Shown: in pieces, positions 26,460 through 34,879 of the stretch
Position numbering within the stretch: the stretch's first letter is position 1
How the letters are laid out: the number at the start of each line of letters is the position of its first letter
NCBI GenBank assembly: GCA_035295045.1
Contig: DATGJU010000429.1
Span: 1-39,629, forward strand
Length of the DNA stretch: 39,629 nucleotides
DNA from: Chthonomonadaceae bacterium
Lineage (GTDB): Bacteria; Armatimonadota; Chthonomonadetes; Chthonomonadales; Chthonomonadaceae
Reading direction: 5' to 3'
The notes under the pieces: generated by a model
What the model saw: the letters and a program-made list of their open reading frames with translations, nothing else
What the model was told of the DNA's origin: nothing
Databases searched by the model: none
Made by a program: the position numbers and the translations under genes

Positions 26460-28169
26460 ATGGAGGATGGGAACGGCAGACCGGAGGCGGGCCACGATAA
26501 GACGGAACGCGGCGAGAGCCACGGCCCGGACGGGCTTGGCCCTGTCTCCGCCGCCGGCGCTGCGGCGCCGGAGAGCGGCACGCCGGCGGTCGGCGACGGC
26601 GCGCCGCCGGCATCCCAGGCCCGCCATGGCGGCGTACATACGCCGCCGCCGCATGCCGCGGAACGCCCGGCGACTCCGGCCGGGTCGGGCGATGCATCGC
26701 CGGCCCCTGCCGCAGATGCCGAGGCGAGCGCGGCCGCACCGTCGCCTGCCGCGGTACAGCCTGACGACCTCGATACCACCGCAATTGCCGGCGAATCGCG
26801 GTCCCGCAGCCGCCGCGCGCACCGGAGCAATCGGCAGCCGGAAACGGTCGCCGAGGCGCGGAGGCGCCGCCTGGACGAGGTGATCGACGATGTCAAGTGG
26901 GCGGTTGTCGTCATCTGCAGCCTTCTCGCCCTCAATTTGCTCCTTGAACAGACTGAGCTTGCGGACCGCCTGAAGGTGCTCGTCTTCAACGCCATGCAGC
27001 GGCGGCTTCCCTCAGGCGCGCGTGCGCCGGTCCCGCTCGTCCAGGTAGTTGACATTTCATCGCTTCCCGGAACGATCGGCCACAACCTGACCGATCGCAG
27101 GACGCTGGCAAGGCTCATCGAGAAGATCGCCTCGCAGCATCCGATCGCGATCGGGCTGGACCTCGACTGCTCGCCGCAACTACCGTCGAACGCGGACGAG
27201 CTGCCGACCATGACCGCCGACGAGGTGCAGTTCCTGGATACTTGCCTCGCTCTGTCGAAGAGCACGCCCGTCTTTCTCGGCGCCGATCGCACCGCGACGG
27301 GAAGCTCGAGCCAATGGCTCTACGATGCGCCGTACACGGACATGGCCGCGGCGCTGCGCACTCCAACGGATGAGCGGTTCACGATGTGGCGGTCGATCCG
27401 CGTCAAAAGCGCCGATCGCGAGCTGCTGTCCATGAGCGGAAAGCTGGCAAGCGCGGTGCCGGCTCCCCTGCGGCCGCCGACATACGCGGTCCCTCGCGCG
27501 CTGAAATGGGCGCTTACGCCGGAGGTGGATCGCGATCTGTCGCCGGCGATCCGGGTCGAGGAGTTTCTGGTCGATTACAGCCAGATCGAGGCGCTGGGTG
27601 AGCGCTCGATAAGCATCGATGACGTCATGGCCGCGCCCGCCGGGGATAGTCGCCTCCGCGACCGGCTGGTGCTCATCGGCAACAGCAGCAGCGAGACCAC
27701 AGACAAGATGGTCGTCCCGGATCGGACGCGCGCATTTCCCGGCGTGCTGGTTCACGCCTCCGCCGCCTACACGATGCTTCAATCGCCGCTCTTTCAGCCG
27801 ACGCTTCCGGGCCGCATCGCCGGCGACCTGCTGCTCGGCCTGCTCGGGATCGCGATCGTCGTCGGGCGGCGCCTGTGGCACATTCATCGTGGGCTCGACG
27901 AGCCGTCCGAGGCGCATATAAACACAATCCACAATGTGACGACCGCGGTCATCTTCGTCTCCGTCATCGTGGCAGGAATCTTTCTCGTCCAGAAGACCCA
28001 CGTTATTTGGGACGACTTTCCGCTCGTCGTAGTCGGGCTCCTGTTCCATCGGCCAGTCGAACGCCTCTTCAAACACTTGTCTGGTAAGATTGTGCGCCAG
28101 GCCTCGCACGGGACCGGCGCGCCAGCGCGGCCGGCGCACGGCGTCGGAAGCGGGAAGGGCGAAACATGA
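26460..28169 (+). CDS. CHASE2-domain membrane protein without any output domain
   Basis: ATG 26460 lies 17 nt after the upstream stop. About 140-aa Ala/Pro/Gly/Arg-rich N-terminus, then TM (WAVVVICSLLALNLLL). CHASE2-like landmarks: LVQVVDISSL...TDRRTLARLIEKIASQHPIAIGLDLDCS, then RLVLIGNSSSETTDKMVVP...FPGVLVHASAAYTML. Three C-terminal TM helices. The protein ends ~40 aa later with no kinase, cyclase or GGDEF domain. Confidence 0.85.
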   Translation: MEDGNGRPEAGHDKTERGESHGPDGLGPVSAAGAAAPESGTPAVGDGAPPASQARHGGVHTPPPHAAERPATPAGSGDASPAPAADAEASAAAPSPAAVQPDDLDTTAIAGESRSRSRRAHRSNRQPETVAEARRRRLDEVIDDVKWAVVVICSLLALNLLLEQTELADRLKVLVFNAMQRRLPSGARAPVPLVQVVDISSLPGTIGHNLTDRRTLARLIEKIASQHPIAIGLDLDCSPQLPSNADELPTMTADEVQFLDTCLALSKSTPVFLGADRTATGSSSQWLYDAPYTDMAAALRTPTDERFTMWRSIRVKSADRELLSMSGKLASAVPAPLRPPTYAVPRALKWALTPEVDRDLSPAIRVEEFLVDYSQIEALGERSISIDDVMAAPAGDSRLRDRLVLIGNSSSETTDKMVVPDRTRAFPGVLVHASAAYTMLQSPLFQPTLPGRIAGDLLLGLLGIAIVVGRRLWHIHRGLDEPSEAHINTIHNVTTAVIFVSVIVAGIFLVQKTHVIWDDFPLVVVGLLFHRPVERLFKHLSGKIVRQASHGTGAPARPAHGVGSGKGET

Positions 28170-29131
28170 GGAACCTGCTTGGCGCTCTCGCGGCCACGAT
28201 CACGGTGGCCCTGGCAAATCCAGCCGGCGCGTCGGCGCAGACCAAAGCGGCGGTCATCGTCGCCACGGTCCACTCCATTGTCGGCAAGGTCTACTGGCGG
28301 CCCACGATGGCCAGGCCGGAAGTGCTGCTCGACCCTGTGAAGGATCGGTCCCGGCCGATCTGCTTCGGGGAGTGGGTCAAAGCATCGCCAGGATGCAAGC
28401 TCAACGTATGGGTGCCGCATGGCAGCACGGCGATTGTCCAGACGATTGCGACTCCAGCGAATGAGACCGCGCAATGGAGGACGTTTGCCCGAAGGCCGAC
28501 CGCGGCGCAGCTCGCCCTCCTGAAAATCATAAGCGAGGCGTCGCTGCTCGGCGGCCGGCCGCGGGACGCCGGGCCGCTCTATGCGCCGGCGGACCGCTCG
28601 GTGCAGCGACTCGACAAGCTTGAGATTCGCTGGACGCCGACGCCGGCCGGCGTAACGACGCGTCTCGCGCTTACGGACGATACGACGGGCGCCTCGATCC
28701 TGGCCCCGCAATCCGTGGACGGCGCGGTTGGACGGGCTCCGTCCGAGCCATTCGTGGCCGCGCTCCGCGCTCTGCCGGAACGGGCGCGGCGGCATCGCTT
28801 GTCACTCTCCATCCGGACGAATGGCCGGGAGTTCGCGGTCCATTTCACCCTGATGGATGCCGTCGCCGAAGCCGCGCTCGCGGCGCAGCTCGCCCAGACG
28901 GACTCGCTGCCGGCAGGTTCGCGGCGACTGGGCCGCGTCGGTGAGCTGGCCGCAGCCGGCCTTCTGAACGAGGTCGCGGCCGAGTGCGAGGCCGCGCTCG
29001 CGGAAGAGCCGGGCAATGAGACGGTCCGCGTGACGGCGATCGTTGCCGACGAGCAGATTGGCTACGCCGAGCGAGCCCTGGAGCTGAGAAAGAGCCTTCC
29101 GCCGGGAACCAGCGTGCCGGACATACCGTGA
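28166..29131 (+). CDS. Secreted protein: FecR-like beta N-domain, middle domain, helical TPR-like C-terminus; hypothetical
   Basis: Its ATG overlaps the CHASE2 stop (ATGA 28166-28169). Signal peptide MRNLLGALAATITVALANPAGASAQ. GKVYWRPTMARPEVLLDPVKDRSRPICFGEWVKASPGCKLNVWVPHGSTAIV resembles FecR-type sensor folds. The C-terminal segment is helical (AAECEAALAEEPGNETVRVTAIVADEQIGYAERALELRK). Confidence 0.8.
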   Translation: MRNLLGALAATITVALANPAGASAQTKAAVIVATVHSIVGKVYWRPTMARPEVLLDPVKDRSRPICFGEWVKASPGCKLNVWVPHGSTAIVQTIATPANETAQWRTFARRPTAAQLALLKIISEASLLGGRPRDAGPLYAPADRSVQRLDKLEIRWTPTPAGVTTRLALTDDTTGASILAPQSVDGAVGRAPSEPFVAALRALPERARRHRLSLSIRTNGREFAVHFTLMDAVAEAALAAQLAQTDSLPAGSRRLGRVGELAAAGLLNEVAAECEAALAEEPGNETVRVTAIVADEQIGYAERALELRKSLPPGTSVPDIP

Positions 29132-29177
29132 CGAAACCGGCAACCCGCAATCGCGCAATCAACACCCTGTCACCGAC

Positions 29178-29204
29178 TGCCGATTGCCGATTGCCGATTG
29201 CCGT
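29178..29204. repeat. Heptanucleotide microsatellite (TGCCGAT)3 plus TGCCGT
   Basis: TGCCGATTGCCGATTGCCGATTGCCGT, in the 90-bp gap between the convergent genes ending at 29131 (+) and 29222 (-). Confidence 0.8.
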
Positions 29205-29221
29205 CCCAGTGCCAGCTATAG

Positions 29222-32200
29222 CTACTTCTTCGCCGGCAGGCGGGCCAATTGAAAGTCGTTCTGCAGGTTCAGCCGGCGCGTGATGGGCCGCTGCCGATGG
29301 TCGGTCCGCGCGTCCACCTCCCGCGCGACGTAGGCATTCAGGCCGGTGACCGTCACGGCGCCGTCGGGGCCTGCCGCCTTGCCGCCGAGGCCGTCCAGCA
29401 GGCACTGCGTGAAGATGCCGTGCGCGCGGTCCTCGGCGGCTGTCTCGATTCCTCGCGAAGCGGCGATCACCGTCGCGCCGCTGCCATGCTCCACCGTGAA
29501 GAACTGCTCCTGCAGAATGTCGAACGCGCTCTCCTTGCCCCTGTCCGAGTTGACGAGCCGGGTGCCGCGCCCGTTCGAGCCGCCTGCCGCCACGGGCTTT
29601 GCCGATCGGTCGACCTCGCCGGCATGGCAGGTATCCATCATCAGCAGCTTCTGCCGCGCGTCTACGCCGTCCAGCAGTCCTTCGATCGCATCGTAGGAGA
29701 GACCCTTGGCGGCTGGCGCTCCGAAGTCCACGTCGTGCGTTGCGAAGTAGTAGTCGAGCTTGCCGTCCAGAAGCCCGTGGCCTGCGATGAAGACCACAAC
29801 GGTGTCGTCCGGCTTCGCAGCCGCCAGGAACTCCCGCGCGGCGACGATGTTGTCGTGTGTCGCCTGGTCGTTGAGCAGCACCTTGCGATGCGGCGGCCCG
29901 GAGTACCCGCCTGCGCGAGAAGAATCGCAGAACAGGTCCGCCACGGAGGTCGCGTCGACGTCCGCCGACTTCAGGCGATAGGCGTCCCCGGCTGCATATT
30001 GCGAGATGCCGACCGAAAGGACATAGAGCTCGCGGTGCGGCTCCGCGGTGCAGCTCACAACCGCTTCACGCGCGAGGCTCTCCGTGCCCTGGTCGTTGAC
30101 CGCGGACACCTGCAGGCGGTTCACGCCGGCGGCCAGCGGCACGACGATCTCGCCGCTCCATCGTCTCGCGCTCTGTGCCGAGATGTCCATGCCGGCCGAG
30201 CCATGGTTTGCTCGCCCCGCTGCCGTAAACGTCGCCGGAACCCCGTTCGCAACGACGCGAATTCGCGAGATAGGGTGGCCGTCGTCGGAGATCGATACCC
30301 GCAGGCGCGCGTCTCGCTCCGGAGTGGATAGCGAGAGCGCCCTGGTATCGAGCGTGAGGTCCGGCACGTCGACCGCGCCGCCGACCTGCTGCTCGGAGAC
30401 GCGCGCCAGCTCCAGCCGCTTTTCGTGCGCGGTCCGATAGGTGGCGAGCAGGCCTGTCTCCGCCACACCCATCGACTCGAGCACGCGATCGGGCCGATTG
30501 TACCGCAAGTCGAACTGCTCCAGCGGATAGGCGCGGCCCGCCAGCCGGAAGGCGACGCCGCCGTAGGCCCCCATCGAGGCCAGATAGTCGCCCGCCGGCG
30601 TGGCCGCCATATACTGGTCGTCGTCCACCCCGATGAGACGGACCATCTCGCGGCCCGTGGCGGCGTCCCATAGGCGGGCCTGGGCGTCCGCGCCCGCCGT
30701 CGCGATACGACGGCCGGAGGGGTCGAACGCGGCGGCAAAGAGGGAGTCGCCGGAGCCGCGGACCGTGCGGACGAGGCTGAAAGTCTCGGCGTCGAAGACC
30801 CGGGCCGCGCCGTCCGAGCACGCCGCGACGAGCTGGCCGCCGTCCGGTCGCCAGGCCACGCGAATCCCGTGCGCATCACCAAGCGGGACGCTGCGGATGC
30901 GCTCACCGGACGGATACTTCCAGACGGTTATCTGGCCGCCGAATATCGACGCGCTCGCCGCGGCGATGCGCGCTCCATCCGGGCTTATTGCGAGCGAGCG
31001 CGTATCCGGCGGCGCTTCCCACTCCGCGACGCGCGCTCCGGTTTCGACGGACCAGACGCGTATCGCGCTCGGCTTCTGCAAGTCCTTGCTGTCAATCGTC
31101 GCCAGCGTCTTCCCATCCGCCCCGAACTCGATCACGTCCGCCGAGTCCTTCGGCAGGTGGAGCGTGCGCACGAAGCCGCCGGTGTCGCTGTCCCAAATCT
31201 CGATGCTGTCGCCCTCGGTCCCGTCGGCGATGAAGCTCTCCAGGTTCCGGTGAGCGGTCGCAATTCGGGAGCCGTCGCGCGACCAGGCCACGGAGTTGAG
31301 TCCGCCGCCCCGGGAATAGCCCTCGACGACCTTGCCGCTCTCGAAGTCGATGCGAAGCAGGCTCCAGGCGTTGCCGACGAGCACCTGCCGGCCGGTCGGG
31401 TCGAAGGCGATCGAGGCGATAGCCTCGAACCGGCCGCCAAGCGGAAGCTGCCGCGTCTTGTTCGTGGCGGCGTCCCAGAGCGTCACGATGCCGCCGCCGC
31501 CGTACGGCGGGCTGGCGACCGCCGCGATCGCCTGGCCGTCCGCGCGCACAGCCAGGTTCTGCGCCGGGATGCTGGCCTGCCGGATCTGCCTGCCGCTCTT
31601 CGGATCCCACCACCGCACGGTCCGGTCCGCGCCGGAGCTGATCACCGAAACGCCGTCCGGCGCGAACGTTACGGCGGCCACGGCGCCGGCATGGCCCTTG
31701 AGCACCGCGACCGGCTGTCGCGTCGCCACGCTCCACAGGCGGACGGTCCCGTCCGTCCCTCCTGCCGCGAGCATCGTGCCGTCACGGTTGAAGGAGACTC
31801 GGTAGACCGCGAACTGGTTCGCGGACGGGAAGTCAAAGCTCGCCGACAGATCTCCCGAGGAGGTGTTCCACACGTCGATGTGGGAGCCGCCGCCGGATGC
31901 CGCGAGCAGGCGACCGTCCGGACTGAACGCCAGTCCGGATCCGAAATAGAAGCTCGATCCCTTGAAGCTGCGGATCGTCGCTCCGGTTGCGGCGCTGTAG
32001 AGCGTCACTTGCTCGCTTTCCGAGAGGGTCGCGATGATGTCGCCGGCCTGTGTGAACGCCACGGCGTCGATGCTGTTGGCCGCCGGCGACCAGACGCGCG
32101 CCTGCTGGCCGGTCGCGACATTCCAGAGCGTCACCGTCGTGCTGGGGGTCTTCGGGTCGATCCGCCCGGTATAGCCGTTGACCATCCACTGCGCGTCCGC

Positions 32201-34198
32201 GCTGAAGGCGGAGGAGTGCGCGCGCTGACGGAGAATCTCCCGCGGCTCGACACCCAGGGTGCGGACCGCCGCGCCCGTCCGCGCGGACCAGATTCGCGTC
32301 AGGCCATATTGTCCCTTGAGCGGTCCTGCGAACCTTTCCCCGGTCGGGTCGAACGCGAGCATGTGTCCGAATCTGCCGGGACTGCCCCCGTTGTCGGCGC
32401 ATTCCGTGACCGTAACGGACGGACGGGCGGTCTGGAGATTCCACAGCCGCACGCTGCCGCCACGGTCTGCGACGGCGAGCGTGTCGCCCTGCGGCGCGAA
32501 AGCCACCGTCGAGCTGACGCGCGCGTGCTGCCCGAGGTCCGCGAGGAGCGTTCCGGATGCCGTATCCCAGGCCTTCAGCTCCGAGATGCCGCCGCCGCCG
32601 CCTCCCGCGATCAGCACGCGTCCTCCCTGCACGAAGGCCAGAGCGTCGACGCTGTGCTCGACACCGTGAAGCTGTCGCTTCCGCCTCGACTTCAGGTCCC
32701 ACAGGTCCAGGCTCTGTTCGGCCTTCGTGATTCCCTCATGCCGCACCGCCAGCGCGGACCCGTCCGGCGAGATCGCGAGGGCGACGGCGGCCCGAGCCCC
32801 GCTTCCGATCTCGGCCGCGGGCCGCATGTCGGCGATCGTCCAGCAGCGGATGTGGCCCGGCTTGTCCTCGAACCGCTTGCCGCACCCGGCGATCAGAGTG
32901 TCGCCGGCCGGCGTGAACACCAGCGCGTTGATCTCATCGCCCTGGCTGGAGAGCTCGCCGGTACGCCTCCTGGCGGCCAGGTCCCACACCTCGATCGCGC
33001 CCTTCGCGCTGGCTACCGCAAGCGTCTTGCCGTCGGCCGTCACGGCGCAGGGCCCCCGATAGACGCCGTCTGCCGCCAGTGCGGCGGTCTGCTGGCCGGT
33101 CGCGATATCCCACAGACGGAGCGACTGTCCGGCCGTAATGAGCATGTCCCGACCCGGCACGACCGCCATGTCGTCGCAGTCGGTATTGATCTGGAACAGA
33201 GGCTGCAGGCTGGCGGTCGACCAGATGCGGATGCTGCTTTCACGCGTCATGAGCCGCGTGCCGTCTTTGCTGTACAGCACCTGCCGCACGCCGCGGGAGA
33301 AGCCGCCCAGCGTCCGGATAGACCGGAGGCTGTGAACGTCCCAGAATACCACCTCGTGCGGCCCCTGGTCCTTGCCGGACGCCACCGCCATTTCGTCGCC
33401 GGAAGGGTGGAGCGCCACGAAGTTGATGCCGTCCGCGTGGCCGGTCTGAGGAACGAGCACGGGTGTGGCCGGGTCCTCGGCAATCGCGCCGCCGGTAAGC
33501 CGCTGGGAATTCGCGCGTGACTTGCCGGCCTCTTGCGCCAGCGCCAGCGCCTGGTCCTTCAGCGTGTTGGCCTCCGCGAACCGGCTCGCGCGCGCCAGCA
33601 CATCGGAGGCGCGCAGGAGCAGCGCGCCCTCGAACCCGGGGTCCCTGTCCTTGGCGCGCGCGGCCGCTGCGCCGCGCTTGAAGGCGTCCACCGCGGCGTC
33701 GACGTAGCCGAGCCGCTCCAGGACTCTCGAGGCGTCCAGGACCACGGATACGCGTATGGGCGCCGTATCGAGCGTCACGGCGAGGGCGATGGCGCGATTG
33801 AGACGCTTCCGCGCATCCTCCTTCGGCGTTGCGGCGTCGGCGGCCCAGAGTATCTGGACCTTGAAGCTCTCGCGCAATAACAGCTCCATGCCCTGCGCAT
33901 CGCGCACCACTTTGAGCTTTCGGTCGGCGAGCTGTGCGGCCTCGTCATACCGCTTATCGTGTAGGTCGAGCTCGATGAGGCCGAACACGGGGGTCGCATC
34001 CTCCGGAACGAGCTCGGAGGCTTGGCTGAGCAGGTCGCGCCCGGCATTGAGGTCCTTCGCCTTCAGGGCGGCGGTCGCCCTCTGGATCAGGTCGGCCTCG
34101 CGCTTGTGCGCGTCGTCCTGCGGTGGTTGAGCCGCCACCGGCGCGGCGATGAGAATGGCGAGCGCCGCGGCTGGGGCTGCGCGGAGGATCGAGATCAT
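29222..34198 (-). CDS. Giant exported protein (1658 aa): signal peptide, TPR-like helical region, ~1000 aa of WD40 repeats, Ig-like segment, C-terminal caspase (peptidase C14) domain
   Basis: Signal peptide MISILRAAPAAALAILIAAPVAAQ. Helical N-region to ~aa 230. Dozens of WD-like blades (e.g. SVRLWNL, TVRLWSV, TVRWWDP, IRVWSV, ARLWDA, IEVWDL). Caspase domain at ~aa 1395-1658 (nt ~29225-30016) with VVFIAGHGL (His) and LLMMDTCHAGE (Cys). Confidence 0.95.
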   Translation of the reverse strand: MISILRAAPAAALAILIAAPVAAQPPQDDAHKREADLIQRATAALKAKDLNAGRDLLSQASELVPEDATPVFGLIELDLHDKRYDEAAQLADRKLKVVRDAQGMELLLRESFKVQILWAADAATPKEDARKRLNRAIALAVTLDTAPIRVSVVLDASRVLERLGYVDAAVDAFKRGAAAARAKDRDPGFEGALLLRASDVLARASRFAEANTLKDQALALAQEAGKSRANSQRLTGGAIAEDPATPVLVPQTGHADGINFVALHPSGDEMAVASGKDQGPHEVVFWDVHSLRSIRTLGGFSRGVRQVLYSKDGTRLMTRESSIRIWSTASLQPLFQINTDCDDMAVVPGRDMLITAGQSLRLWDIATGQQTAALAADGVYRGPCAVTADGKTLAVASAKGAIEVWDLAARRRTGELSSQGDEINALVFTPAGDTLIAGCGKRFEDKPGHIRCWTIADMRPAAEIGSGARAAVALAISPDGSALAVRHEGITKAEQSLDLWDLKSRRKRQLHGVEHSVDALAFVQGGRVLIAGGGGGGISELKAWDTASGTLLADLGQHARVSSTVAFAPQGDTLAVADRGGSVRLWNLQTARPSVTVTECADNGGSPGRFGHMLAFDPTGERFAGPLKGQYGLTRIWSARTGAAVRTLGVEPREILRQRAHSSAFSADAQWMVNGYTGRIDPKTPSTTVTLWNVATGQQARVWSPAANSIDAVAFTQAGDIIATLSESEQVTLYSAATGATIRSFKGSSFYFGSGLAFSPDGRLLAASGGGSHIDVWNTSSGDLSASFDFPSANQFAVYRVSFNRDGTMLAAGGTDGTVRLWSVATRQPVAVLKGHAGAVAAVTFAPDGVSVISSGADRTVRWWDPKSGRQIRQASIPAQNLAVRADGQAIAAVASPPYGGGGIVTLWDAATNKTRQLPLGGRFEAIASIAFDPTGRQVLVGNAWSLLRIDFESGKVVEGYSRGGGLNSVAWSRDGSRIATAHRNLESFIADGTEGDSIEIWDSDTGGFVRTLHLPKDSADVIEFGADGKTLATIDSKDLQKPSAIRVWSVETGARVAEWEAPPDTRSLAISPDGARIAAASASIFGGQITVWKYPSGERIRSVPLGDAHGIRVAWRPDGGQLVAACSDGAARVFDAETFSLVRTVRGSGDSLFAAAFDPSGRRIATAGADAQARLWDAATGREMVRLIGVDDDQYMAATPAGDYLASMGAYGGVAFRLAGRAYPLEQFDLRYNRPDRVLESMGVAETGLLATYRTAHEKRLELARVSEQQVGGAVDVPDLTLDTRALSLSTPERDARLRVSISDDGHPISRIRVVANGVPATFTAAGRANHGSAGMDISAQSARRWSGEIVVPLAAGVNRLQVSAVNDQGTESLAREAVVSCTAEPHRELYVLSVGISQYAAGDAYRLKSADVDATSVADLFCDSSRAGGYSGPPHRKVLLNDQATHDNIVAAREFLAAAKPDDTVVVFIAGHGLLDGKLDYYFATHDVDFGAPAAKGLSYDAIEGLLDGVDARQKLLMMDTCHAGEVDRSAKPVAAGGSNGRGTRLVNSDRGKESAFDILQEQFFTVEHGSGATVIAASRGIETAAEDRAHGIFTQCLLDGLGGKAAGPDGAVTVTGLNAYVAREVDARTDHRQRPITRRLNLQNDFQLARLPAKK

Positions 34199-34262
34199 TT
34201 CGGAAAACCCCGGGCGAAAACGTTGCGCGCCGTTGGGACGGCGCTAAGATGCGCGACCCGCA

Positions 34263-34271
34263 ATTATACCA
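34263..34271 (-). promoter_or_regulatory. Extended -10 promoter candidate for the WD40-caspase gene
   Basis: Reverse strand reads TG-g-TATAAT (TG 34271-34270, TATAAT 34268-34263), ~65 nt upstream of ATG 34198. The -35 element is weak. Confidence 0.4.
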
Positions 34272-34879
34272 CCGCGAGAACTCACCATGCCGGCTCCGGT
34301 GCGCGTCCTGCCGGCCGTCCGGTCCGGCTCGGCGCGGATTCCGGTTTGCGGGGGCGCTGTTTTACGGCGCCGCGGTGGGCGCCAGAACGTCATTTCGGCG
34401 CAATTCAAGCTGCTTCGCTAAACGATCGATCTTTTTTCTGAGCGGCGTCCCGTAAACGTTGCAAACGGACAGGTTATTAGGCTAAAATACGTGGTGCTTT
34501 CACTGGAGATTCGGGCGGCGGCGACCAATCATGAGAATCGGGATGGTGTTCCCATTTCCAATTCCACGCGGCGTCCGTCCAACCAACCTGTCCGGCACGG
34601 TCGACGGTCCGCTAGCAGCATCAGCAAGCGCACGATCGAACGTAACGCCGGATAGGTCAAGTCGCAACGAATCGACAGTTGGAATCACGGGCCGGCAGAG
34701 ACTCGCGACGGCCCTGCCCCTTCAAAACTACGCACCTTCTTTCAGTGCAGCGATATGCGACTGGACATAGCCTGATCGTACACCCGGACGTGCATGATCG
34801 ATGGGTGAACTTCGACGAGCGAAATCACGCGCGTTAGCGCGTTCATTATGCTCGCCTCTTTACGAGTGAGGAAATATCC

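Noticed and set aside
24982-26784. 600-aa - strand ORF
   Set aside because: It is antisense to caspase paralogue B and the CHASE2 gene. It is extremely Arg-rich with no motifs.
28166-29131. Bacterial gasdermin next to caspase-like proteases
   Set aside because: The protein has a cleavable Sec signal peptide and a FecR-like/TPR-like layout. It lacks the N-terminal Cys and the size and organisation I would expect of a bacterial gasdermin. No other gasdermin-sized cytoplasmic ORF is present.
30869-33520. 883-aa + strand ORF
   Set aside because: It is antisense to the WD40-caspase gene. Its Arg/Gly/Ala/Pro-rich composition has no repeat or domain logic, whereas the - frame shows dozens of WD-like blades.
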